Positions 9,474 to 17,959 of a DNA stretch of 64,000 nucleotides are shown in pieces (position 1 is the first letter of the stretch; every line of letters begins with the position of its first letter). The stretch lies in contig DHGX01000004.1 of assembly GCA_002402995.1 (NCBI GenBank), forward strand, positions 246,019-310,018. The letters are read 5' to 3'. The notes beneath the pieces were generated by a model, which had not been told where the DNA came from, searched no databases, and saw only the letters and a program-made list of their open reading frames with translations. The stretch comes from Patescibacteria group bacterium UBA4787 (GTDB lineage: Bacteria > Patescibacteriota > Patescibacteriia > UBA2591 > UBA4787). Position numbers and translations under genes: made by a program.

Positions 9474-9625
9474 TATTAGAAAACGCAAAACTTAAAACGA
9501 AAAGCTCAAAAGAACAGTGTAAAATTCAAAACTTTAGCATATAAATACGCTCGTTTTTTTAATTCTATTTTAGGTTTTGAGCTATTGTTTTGCATTTTGC
9601 GCTTTTAGCTTTACGCTCACATCCT
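9474..9625 (-). repeat. Internally deleted copy of the roughly 460-bp four-helix-bundle gene cassette
   Basis: The sequence from 9541 to about 9625 is roughly 90% identical to 13318-13400. The sequence 9474-9535 matches 12944-12995. The roughly 305 bp of ORF body between them is absent. Confidence 0.6.
9506..9595 (-). pseudogene. Truncated remnant of a four-helix-bundle protein gene: the first 20 codons joined directly to the 3' flank
   Basis: Minus-strand translation from the ATG at 9595 gives MQNNSSKPKIELKKRAYLYA, near-identical to the N-terminus of the intact gene at 12995-13375 (MQNNNSKPKIELKKRVYLYA). It then runs into sequence matching the intact gene's 3' flank and stops after 29 codons. 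The flanks 9474-9535 and 9596-9625 match 12944-12995 and 13376-13402. Confidence 0.6.
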
Positions 9626-9629
9626 GTTA

Positions 9630-11645
9630 CTAAATATTCAAATCTTCTTTAGTTAAGTCTTCTGACATATCCCAGTCCACCTTTGTCGCTTCTGCTACAG
9701 GCTTCTCTGTGTTTTGTTTTTGCGATTGAGTAACGGCGGCTTTTTCTTCGGCCACCAATGATTCGGAAAACTCTTTTTTAGCTTTTTCTATTTCTAAAAT
9801 TTTTCTCGGATCGGTAGTGACTAACTGATCTTCCGAGTAAGAAGCTATTACTTTAATAGCGGCGTGCTTCGCGCCGGCGAAGAATATACCTTCGCCCACC
9901 CCGCACTCTAAAAGCAAATATTTTTCTCCTTCGGTCAACATAAATGTCGAGGCCACATTCTCAATGGCTGCTGGCGCTTGTTTTAATAAAAGCTGCAAGG
10001 CTGAATTGTTGATAATCGCCTTGCCATAAGAGGATGACAAGAAATCATTAACATCCTGCGTAATTGTAGTTATACCAAGATAATATTTACGGCAACGCTT
10101 AACCAAAGCAAAAATAAAACGGGCAGAATCTTCGTGCTGCATCAGCCACCATGCCTCGTCTATCACCAATATTCTTTTTTTCATCCGCGAACGAACAATA
10201 TTCCAAATATAATTTACGATGGTATAAATAGCGACTGGCCTCAATTCGTCTTCCAGATCGCGCACACTGAAAACGACCAATTGATTATCTATTTCCACGT
10301 TGGTCTGATGGTTTAACAAGCCGGAAAACGTTCCTTCTGTATATTTTTTTAAGCGCTCAGCTAAATCGCCGGCTCCTTCCATTCCCTCTAAAACTTGTTC
10401 TAAGTCGGAAAGCGTAGGCATAGTAACTTTAGATAAATCAACGCCCGGGACAATATCATTTTTAGCATAAGACTCCAAAAGCGCCCGATCCATAACAGAA
10501 TCTTCTCGAGGCGTAAATTGGCGGACTCCTCTCTCGTCGGGCGAGGCGATCATAATTTTTAACAAACCCTTTAGGATAATAACCGCGGAACGAATAAGAT
10601 TAGCCGTATCTACTTCACCCGTACTGGGCCGAGGAATATCAAATGGATTAATGCGGCTTTCTGAAGTTAAAGATATGTTAACAAAAGTGCCACCAACCGC
10701 GTCAGACAAATATTTATATTCTTTTTCCGGATCAATTATAATCACATCTGTACCGAGCATTAAGCTCCTCAAAATTTCCAACTTAATCGCATAGCTTTTC
10801 CCTGAGCCAGAAGTGGCAAAAACAACCATATTTCCATTTTGCAAACTAAAACGATCGAAAAGAATCAAACTATTATTGTGACGATTTATGCCGTATAAAA
10901 CCCCATCGTTTGATGTTAAATCAGACGAGATAAAGGGAAAAGAAGAAGCAATAGGCGAACTATTCATATTAAAATTGATCATTAACTCGTCGTTTCCCAA
11001 AGGAAGCGTCGAATTAAAGCCCTGTTCGGCTTGATATAAAACTCTCTTAGTATAAATCAGTTTTGAACCGAATAAAGTTTCTATTTTTTCAGAAGTATTA
11101 TCAAGATCTTTCGGATTATCGGCATAGATAGTAACATACAAAGCGAACTGGAAAAAATGTTCAACGCCAGTTGTTAAATCGTCTCTTAATTTTTCAATGT
11201 CTCTTAAAGCTGTTTCTTTTAAAGGATCTCGTGGCATGCCTTTCTCCTGTTCAGCGGCTATTTCTTGCTCTAAATTACCGGTTTTCTTCTGTAATTGTTT
11301 TAAAACTTCACCGGAAGGTACAGGATAAAAAAACATACCGATATCTAGAGGTCCATTAAAATTAATAACGGGCGCGAACCAACCAACGGCAATATAACGC
11401 GGATAAGTAATCACAAATATTGTTCTCACGTATTTATCTCCCAATTGAAGATAATTCGGCGTAATTCTCATAGAAGCCGGAGCAACAAGATCGCGCACCG
11501 AAACAACGCCGGCCAAATAAGCTTTTTCTTGTTCTAACGCCTCTTTGGTCTCTGTTGTTTTTATTTTTTCTGATATTTCTTTCTCTTGTTTTTTTATTTC
11601 TTCAGTCGGCGATTTAGTATTAATTGTCCTCGGATCAAAAACCAT
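9630..11645 (-). CDS. Type IV secretion system ATPase, VirB4/TrbE/TraC family
   Basis: 671 aa. Walker A VVFATSGSGKSY. Walker B and hydrophobic stretch RILVIDEAWWLM. The N-terminal domain is conserved with the CagE/TrbE/VirB4 family (DIGMFFYPV..., FQFALYVTIYADN). Confidence 0.8.
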   Translation of the reverse strand: MVFDPRTINTKSPTEEIKKQEKEISEKIKTTETKEALEQEKAYLAGVVSVRDLVAPASMRITPNYLQLGDKYVRTIFVITYPRYIAVGWFAPVINFNGPLDIGMFFYPVPSGEVLKQLQKKTGNLEQEIAAEQEKGMPRDPLKETALRDIEKLRDDLTTGVEHFFQFALYVTIYADNPKDLDNTSEKIETLFGSKLIYTKRVLYQAEQGFNSTLPLGNDELMINFNMNSSPIASSFPFISSDLTSNDGVLYGINRHNNSLILFDRFSLQNGNMVVFATSGSGKSYAIKLEILRSLMLGTDVIIIDPEKEYKYLSDAVGGTFVNISLTSESRINPFDIPRPSTGEVDTANLIRSAVIILKGLLKIMIASPDERGVRQFTPREDSVMDRALLESYAKNDIVPGVDLSKVTMPTLSDLEQVLEGMEGAGDLAERLKKYTEGTFSGLLNHQTNVEIDNQLVVFSVRDLEDELRPVAIYTIVNYIWNIVRSRMKKRILVIDEAWWLMQHEDSARFIFALVKRCRKYYLGITTITQDVNDFLSSSYGKAIINNSALQLLLKQAPAAIENVASTFMLTEGEKYLLLECGVGEGIFFAGAKHAAIKVIASYSEDQLVTTDPRKILEIEKAKKEFSESLVAEEKAAVTQSQKQNTEKPVAEATKVDWDMSEDLTKEDLNI

Positions 11646-11761
11646 AAAAATTAGAATTTAGAATAATGAATTAAAAAATCCTGAAGCTTGAAACTTGTTT
11701 TTAAAAATTTAAAATTTTGATTTGTCATTTTGCATTTTGATTTTTAAATTTTGAATTTCTA

Positions 11762-12442
11762 TTACTCCTCTATTCTTAATTCATTTATATCTGTTAATTT
11801 TTGAGTTTGCGCTTCGAGTGGATTATAAGTTTCGTATAATAATTCAATAACGCTTTGGGTATCTAACGGCACAGCCTTCAAACCCATGCTGGCAAGCGCG
11901 CTAATTACACCATCAACACGGCGAAAAAGCACCTCTCGATAATCTTCAAATTTTTCTCTTTTTAATTTGATAAATGTGCCGACGGAAAATACGTCTTGCA
12001 AGCGAGAAAAAAATCCTCTTTTTTTATCACCGGCCGGATTATAGGGAACCAATAAATAAAATCTTTTGCTCATAATTTCTCCTAATTCTACTAACTCGCC
12101 CACGAAATCAATATAATCGGAGATCTGGACACGCAATAAATCATTCTTTTGATTCTGGCGCAAAGTTTTCAATTTTTCCAAATATGGCTCAATGACAAAT
12201 TTTCTCGATTGAATAACTATTTGTATTGGAAATTCTAAAGTATTTAAAAATTGAACATAAGCTTGAACAAGCGCCTCTTGTTCTTCTTGCGATTTTAAAC
12301 CAAAATTAATAGAAGAAACCAATAAAATAGCTCTAAGTGTCCCGTCTTTCAAGACAACGATATCTTTTTTTACTTCGGAAATATCCAAATATTGCTGTGT
12401 CGAAGTTGATAATTTTTTTCCTGCTAATTTCTCGGATTTCAT
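11762..12442 (-). CDS. Hypothetical cytoplasmic protein, a possible T4SS accessory component
   Basis: 226 aa, directly upstream of the VirB4 homologue in the same orientation. The segment DISEVKKDIVVLKDGTLRAILLVSSINFGLKSQEEQEALVQAY loosely resembles VirB4 N-terminal-domain sequence. There is no ATPase motif. Confidence 0.25.
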   Translation of the reverse strand: MKSEKLAGKKLSTSTQQYLDISEVKKDIVVLKDGTLRAILLVSSINFGLKSQEEQEALVQAYVQFLNTLEFPIQIVIQSRKFVIEPYLEKLKTLRQNQKNDLLRVQISDYIDFVGELVELGEIMSKRFYLLVPYNPAGDKKRGFFSRLQDVFSVGTFIKLKREKFEDYREVLFRRVDGVISALASMGLKAVPLDTQSVIELLYETYNPLEAQTQKLTDINELRIEE

Positions 12443-12471
12443 AATAAATTAGAATAATTTAGAATAATAAA

Positions 12472-12978
12472 TCAATCTTCTTTGTAAGCGCCACCCGTAT
12501 CTATTAATAGAGACAAATGGGAAAGCTTAGCGGTACTTAACGGTTTACGCGGTATCTCAATGTCGATTTTAGTTTTTTTTGCCCAATCTTTTTCTTCAAT
12601 TTTCGCTACGATTGGCCGCCAAATTCTTAATCCGGGTTTTCTGGCAGTTTGGAGAACGTTTAAAAAAAAGAAATGAATCGGCTTGCCGTTAACTCGACCG
12701 AAAGCCAACAAGCCAAAAATGATCAAAATTATTATTCCCTCCACTAAAAATAAACTAAAATCAGATGATTTATAGGCGATAAGCTCCAAAGCAGCCCCAA
12801 TAATTAAAATAACAAATTGTCTTGGTGTTAAGGGACCTAAAATATGAGGCTCAATATCGATAAATTGTGGAACGATAAATTGCATAGAAAGATTAGAATT
12901 TAGTAAGTAGAAAGTAGAAAATAGAATCAACGAATAATGAATTATTAGAAAGCGCAAAACGTAAAGCGAAAAACTCAA
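12472..12978 (-). CDS. Small membrane protein, possibly a VirB3/PrgI-like T4SS component
   Basis: 168 aa with 2-3 predicted TM helices (PRQFVILIIGAALELIAY; GIIILIIFGLLAFG). It is positioned upstream of the VirB4 homologue, as VirB3 usually is. The call rests mainly on position. Confidence 0.3.
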   Translation of the reverse strand: MSFSLYVLRFLIIHYSLILFSTFYLLNSNLSMQFIVPQFIDIEPHILGPLTPRQFVILIIGAALELIAYKSSDFSLFLVEGIIILIIFGLLAFGRVNGKPIHFFFLNVLQTARKPGLRIWRPIVAKIEEKDWAKKTKIDIEIPRKPLSTAKLSHLSLLIDTGGAYKED

Positions 12979-12994
12979 AATAACAGCGTAAAAT

Positions 12995-13375
12995 TTAAAA
13001 CTTTTTTTTTCCCCTTAATGTTAAAATACTGGAGCCAAGAATATTAGCAAGCTCTGTTGTTTCTTGAAGCAAGATTTCAGTTTTACTTCTGTCGGCTTTA
13101 GCAGAATCTCTTAACAACCCCAGCCAGAATTTACTTTCATTGGCGGATTTTAACGCGTAATTAAAAAAATTGGTAAAATCTCTTTTCGTGCTTCCCGCTT
13201 GAGCTTCTATAATGTTCGCGCCAATACTTGTAGCGCTTCGTAAAAGCTGTTTAGCGATTATTTGCGCGGTAAAATCATTTTTGCTCAAACCGTCAATAAA
13301 TTTAATAATATCCAAAGCGTATAAATATACTCGTTTTTTTAATTCTATTTTAGGTTTTGAGTTGTTATTTTGCAT
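12995..13375 (-). CDS. Four-helix-bundle protein (TIGR02436 / 23S rRNA intervening-sequence protein family)
   Basis: 126 aa. The sequence LDIIKFIDGLSKNDFTAQIIAKQLLRSATSIGANIIEAQAGSTKRDFTNFFNYALKSANESKFWLGLL is characteristic of this family. The gene sits inside the T4SS-like operon and is flanked by sequences repeated at 9474-9625. Confidence 0.75.
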   Translation of the reverse strand: MQNNNSKPKIELKKRVYLYALDIIKFIDGLSKNDFTAQIIAKQLLRSATSIGANIIEAQAGSTKRDFTNFFNYALKSANESKFWLGLLRDSAKADRSKTEILLQETTELANILGSSILTLRGKKKF

Positions 13376-13413
13376 TTTTCGTTTTTAGCTTTACGCTTAC
13401 TTCTATTTTCTAA

Positions 13414-15087
13414 TCAAAACCGGAGTTTCTCGTTTAACTCAGAGATTATATTAAAATCTTCAAAGGTTAGAGCTTGTCGATTCTCCTTGAGACGATTACT
13501 GATTACTTCTTCGATTGTTTTTTCTTTTTCTAATGCCTCTAAACCAATTTCTATATATAATTTATTTACCTCTGATTCTTTCCACGCCTTAATTCCTTGC
13601 GAAGCCTTCAAAAGCGAATCTTCGGCCAATAAGTTGATTTTATCTTTAATACGATCAGCCGCCTCTCTGGAATTTCTCCAACGACGCCAATCAACCAAAC
13701 GAACAGTCCTTAGCTCGTCTATTGGCCCATAAATTTTGGGGGTGACTTTGACTTCTTCAACTATCCTTCTCTCTCTTTGCGCTTCATCTGACAACGACCG
13801 ATTTAAAATTAATGGTTCGGCAAATATATCACTTGATTTTTCTTGGGGCTGAAGTTCCGAAATCAATTCAGAAGATATTGATTTTGATTCTTGCATTTTT
13901 TGAGCAGAAAAAGCGACATCCGATATGGGTTCAAGTGGAATAATATTGGATGGAATAAGTGTTTCTTCTTTCGACGTGTTTAAGCTGGGCACAACTGGTT
14001 CAACATTGATTGGTTCTGGCGTTTTTTGAGTTATTTGTATAATCTGTGTCGGTTCGGGTTCTATATAAGGAATATCTTTTATTTTTAAAGACAAGGATTC
14101 ATTTTTTGTTTCTGCTTCGGTAGGCAAAAATTTAACAGCCGTTGGCCCGGCTATTTCTCTTTCGGGAAGCGGACATTGAAAAGTTTCTAAACCCGCCATA
14201 GCCCCCTCCTCAAATCGAATCCTTTTGCTTTCTTTTTCTGGTTCTTCGGCGCTTTCTCCTTCTGTTGATTTAACAACAAAGTCTGCGGCAGTTTTTAAGC
14301 CATGAGTCAATCCCCCATCTGCCAGAGGCAAAGGAGCGGGAATTTTCTGTGTCTCAGAATTAAATTGACGCAACAAATCTTTTTTATTTTTTAAGACGGA
14401 AATTAAAAAATCTGTTTGGCTGTTGTCAAATTCCATTCCACCGACCTTAAAAGGACGCGTCAAAACATCTTTTGTTCCAATTTCATCGCGAATATCTTTT
14501 AAATAATTTATAATAATATTTTTTAAACGGCCCGTGGCCACCGAATCAGGAAAAGTAAAGTGGCTCATAACATCCGAAATCATTTCGTCGGTTTTTGCCC
14601 GCCTAGACTCGGTGAGACTGGCCTGTCTATTCAAACCATTGCCGCTCACATCATGAGGCTGAGCCGCCAACTCATTAATTTCTTCTTTGGTTAAAATATT
14701 GTCCCGATTTTCCGACAATGTTGAAGTTGGTAGGACTTGGACATGAGCCCCTGTTTCCGGTTGCCTTGACTCGGCAAAGCGGACAGATTGCGCGAGAGGC
14801 TCTTTTGTTCTTGGAGTTAAATTTGATAAAATCGGCAATAAAATTTTATTTAAACTATCTTTGACAATTTGCGCTGAGGATTGGTTTAATTTGTAATTAT
14901 TTATTAAATCATTTGGTAAATCATCGAAAGATACATCATTAATCAACAAACGGGTAACGACTTCAGTAATGTCAAGCCGGTATTCTTTTTCCAGTTGACT
15001 AAAAATTTCAAGATTTTCCGAGGTTGGGATTTGCTCTTTAACCTCTGGCGGTAGCGATAAGTATTTTTGTAAGTATTCGCTGTTCAT
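13414..15087 (-). CDS. Hypothetical soluble protein (557 aa), acidic and Ser/Glu/Pro-rich, no TM
   Basis: Long ORF in the T4SS-like operon with no recognisable motifs. Confidence 0.3.
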   Translation of the reverse strand: MNSEYLQKYLSLPPEVKEQIPTSENLEIFSQLEKEYRLDITEVVTRLLINDVSFDDLPNDLINNYKLNQSSAQIVKDSLNKILLPILSNLTPRTKEPLAQSVRFAESRQPETGAHVQVLPTSTLSENRDNILTKEEINELAAQPHDVSGNGLNRQASLTESRRAKTDEMISDVMSHFTFPDSVATGRLKNIIINYLKDIRDEIGTKDVLTRPFKVGGMEFDNSQTDFLISVLKNKKDLLRQFNSETQKIPAPLPLADGGLTHGLKTAADFVVKSTEGESAEEPEKESKRIRFEEGAMAGLETFQCPLPEREIAGPTAVKFLPTEAETKNESLSLKIKDIPYIEPEPTQIIQITQKTPEPINVEPVVPSLNTSKEETLIPSNIIPLEPISDVAFSAQKMQESKSISSELISELQPQEKSSDIFAEPLILNRSLSDEAQRERRIVEEVKVTPKIYGPIDELRTVRLVDWRRWRNSREAADRIKDKINLLAEDSLLKASQGIKAWKESEVNKLYIEIGLEALEKEKTIEEVISNRLKENRQALTFEDFNIISELNEKLRF

Positions 15088-15115
15088 AGATAATAAATTT
15101 TAATTAGCCTCGCTT

Positions 15116-17839
15116 CTAAGTCTCTTCGCCCTTAAGTTCTTTTAATTTGTCGGCTAATTCTTTAATTTCTTTAGTCAGTCTTTCTTTCTCGGGTAGGTCA
15201 GCTGTCGGATCTAATTTTTTAAGCTGAGAGCTCAAATCATTAAATTTACTAGTCAAATTTCCGATTGCCTCAACATTCACGTCGCCTTCGTATCCGAATG
15301 TTTTAGTTTGCAATCTCATCAACCACGCTATATTATTTAATGCTTTTTCCATATTTTTAAAATCCTGTCTTAGAGATGCCTGACCAAGTTTGTCTAAATA
15401 TTTTTGCATATCTTTATCCCCAAAAATCTGATCAATAACCGGCTGAGGTGTTTCAGCCGCTTCTTTTTTCGCCATGGAAAATTTTATATCGTGGTTATCC
15501 AGCGCTTCTTGAGGAATATCGTTTCGTTCAACCCAACTCTTAACGGATTTACCGGTGTGTTTTTCTACATACTGATCAAATCCGAGATCGGTTTGGCGTT
15601 TGCTTACTTGATCTTTATGCAAGTCTTTTAATTTCAATAAGGCTGCCCCGCCCTGAGTTTGCGTTAAAGCGCTGCCCAGTAAGGCTGCTAATTTTTTCTC
15701 GTCACTAACCGTTTCTTTGGGTATTTTTTTTGCCGTATCCTCGTATCGCGCAACATTAGCTTTCTGGACCCATGTTAATTCTTCAGCGCCGAAGCGACTA
15801 ACGACTTCGCCCTGAGCAGTCGCCCGGCGAGCCGTTTCTAATCTACTAGTTAATTCATTAATGGACTTGCTTAATTTATCGGCATCTTTAATTAATATCA
15901 CAGCTTCGTCGTTCTTTCCTTCTTTGCGAAGCGTCGCGGCTTTAATCTCAATATCAGTTCTCTCAACTTGCAATTTATTAATTTCAGCATTAATTTCGTC
16001 TGGCATTAAATTATATTTAACAGCCTCTTGTCTTTTTTGATCCCTTGCTTGTTTAAGTTGGGTAATTTCTTTTTGGGCTTCAATATATTCTGGTTTTTCG
16101 CGCGTCTCTTTTTCTAATTGTCCTTTGGCCTTTACTTGATCCCATTTTTCCATATATTCATCTGCTTCGGGAGTCCCTGGTTCAACACCCTTGCTTCTCA
16201 ATTCAGTATCGATTTCTGCCCGGGTATAACCCGGCTCGGCGCCTACCATTCTCTTGTCTTTAATCTCGATTGCTCTTTCGTTAATTTGAGCGTCTGACAA
16301 CTTAAATGCTTGTTCTTTCTCTTGAATTTGTTTGTCAAGATCCTCAACAGACTCTTCTTTTTTGCCGAAAATCCCCTTGATACCCTTAACGGCCGCGGGC
16401 ACTGGAGCGCGGAGCGCTTGACCAGCCACGTCTCGCCTTTTGGCCATTCGTTCGTATCTCTGCGCGTCTTGCTCTTTCAATTTGGCTTGAGCTTCTAAGG
16501 CTCGTCCTTCAGTAGTATCAGAACCTCCTTTAATCTTGGCTCGTTCTCTTAATGCTTCTGCTTCACCGCGACTATCCTTTGACATATCATAATACTTTTT
16601 TCCTCCCCGAGCCTGCATTTCACCCAACACGCCAAGCGTCCCGGCTTTAAGTTCACCTTTCAATTGAGTAGGTAACTCGCCTACCCGTTGACCAAGTCGC
16701 GCGAAAGGCGCCATACGCGCTCTTTTACGAGCGCTGCGACTCTCTTGCCAACCGGCTTTAGCCGCCTGATATCTATCTTTGATTGGTTTAAATGGCATAT
16801 CCACGGCGCCTTGACCCCACTGCTTAAGCTTGCCAGACATTTTGCCGGCGAATCCTCCACCATAAGCGCTTAATTTTTGCGCCTCGGTTATGGAAGTAAA
16901 AAGCAAGAAAATACCAACGATATAAGCCAATAAATTCTCAGAACTGGCGATTGCGCTGGCTGTAGCTGAAATCTTGGTACCCGCGGTATCTACCGCGACA
17001 GGAAGGAGTTTACTGCCCTCCTGCACTACGCTTAAAGAAAGCCAGATAAAAAAAGCTAATAACGGGCCCACCACCACCTCTTTTCCAAATTCTTCCCACC
17101 AGTTGCTACCTATGCCGGGAATATTTATCGGCAAAGCGTTTTTGACAAAAGCCAAAGGCGACACCATCACTAAAAACCAAAGATGAATAATGCGATAAAG
17201 TAGAATCACCAACATCGTAAATAAAGCGAATAAAGCAACGACGGACAGAACAAGCGCTAAAATTAAAGCTCCTACTTTATTAACATTAGCGCCTGCTGCG
17301 GCTACACTGGTATCCATTGACATAAGCTGAGACAAGCCCAGCATATTAATAAAATTTCCTTCAGCCGCGTCTTTAAAAGCATTAACAAAAGTCAGCATTA
17401 TCACTTGAGAAAAATCAATAATAATGCCGCAAATCAATTTGCTGAAGTTAACCAAAATAGCCGCCATAAATACCGCGCCGAGCAGCTTAGTATAAGAATA
17501 TTTCTCAATCTTCAAAACCGTAGCGAAGGCGATAAAAATCATAATCAAAACAAACAACATATTACAGATGTCGCGAATAATCACCCAACCGATGCTAACC
17601 ACTCTTGAATTTATGAAATCATTATATTGCGCGACGTCAATCAAAAGCCTGACTACAACGGCTATTAGACCTCCGAGTAATTCAATTATGGGTATTGCTA
17701 TCCAAGCCAAAACATCGGCTACGGCGGTTCCGATGTTTGCTGCTGCCAGACGAGGAAATAAAACAAAGACAGCGGTTAATAAAACCGCGACAATCGTAGG
17801 AAAGATTAATTTAATTTTTCGTTGCTTGATATGATTCAT
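15116..17839 (-). CDS. VirB6/TrbL-like polytopic membrane protein with a roughly 550-aa Lys/Glu-rich coiled-coil C-terminal extension
   Basis: 907 aa. The N-terminal roughly 330 aa contain about 7 hydrophobic helices (IVAVLLTAVFVLFP; IAIPIIELLGGLIAVVVRLLI; MLFVLIMIFIAFATVL; LLGAVFMAAILVNFSKLICGIIIDF; ALILALVLSVVALFALFTMLVILLY; LLAFFIWLSLSVV; IVGIFLLFTSI), as in TrbL/VirB6. The remainder is charged and heptad-like (KEQAFKLSDAQINERAIEIKDKR...KELADKLKELKGEE). Confidence 0.4.
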   Translation of the reverse strand: MNHIKQRKIKLIFPTIVAVLLTAVFVLFPRLAAANIGTAVADVLAWIAIPIIELLGGLIAVVVRLLIDVAQYNDFINSRVVSIGWVIIRDICNMLFVLIMIFIAFATVLKIEKYSYTKLLGAVFMAAILVNFSKLICGIIIDFSQVIMLTFVNAFKDAAEGNFINMLGLSQLMSMDTSVAAAGANVNKVGALILALVLSVVALFALFTMLVILLYRIIHLWFLVMVSPLAFVKNALPINIPGIGSNWWEEFGKEVVVGPLLAFFIWLSLSVVQEGSKLLPVAVDTAGTKISATASAIASSENLLAYIVGIFLLFTSITEAQKLSAYGGGFAGKMSGKLKQWGQGAVDMPFKPIKDRYQAAKAGWQESRSARKRARMAPFARLGQRVGELPTQLKGELKAGTLGVLGEMQARGGKKYYDMSKDSRGEAEALRERAKIKGGSDTTEGRALEAQAKLKEQDAQRYERMAKRRDVAGQALRAPVPAAVKGIKGIFGKKEESVEDLDKQIQEKEQAFKLSDAQINERAIEIKDKRMVGAEPGYTRAEIDTELRSKGVEPGTPEADEYMEKWDQVKAKGQLEKETREKPEYIEAQKEITQLKQARDQKRQEAVKYNLMPDEINAEINKLQVERTDIEIKAATLRKEGKNDEAVILIKDADKLSKSINELTSRLETARRATAQGEVVSRFGAEELTWVQKANVARYEDTAKKIPKETVSDEKKLAALLGSALTQTQGGAALLKLKDLHKDQVSKRQTDLGFDQYVEKHTGKSVKSWVERNDIPQEALDNHDIKFSMAKKEAAETPQPVIDQIFGDKDMQKYLDKLGQASLRQDFKNMEKALNNIAWLMRLQTKTFGYEGDVNVEAIGNLTSKFNDLSSQLKKLDPTADLPEKERLTKEIKELADKLKELKGEET

Positions 17840-17852
17840 TATAGTATTTTAA

Positions 17853-17890
17853 CCCCAGTAGTAGAAACTTCGTTTCACTACGGGGCAGGC
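17853..17890. repeat. Short hairpin repeat CCCCAGTAGTAGAAA...TTCACTACGGGGCAGGC, related to the TIRs of the 139-bp element
   Basis: The sequence ccccagtagtagaaacttcgtttcactacggggcaggc forms an imperfect inverted repeat. A near-identical unit is at 49147-49192. The arms match the TIRs at 37765 and 46232 (ccaggtagtagaaa / ttcactacctgg). Confidence 0.5.
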
Positions 17891-17959
17891 ATTTTAATAT
17901 GATAACATTTTTACGCTTTGTGCTCTATGCTCCATGCTTTGCGCTTTACGCTTTTTGTA

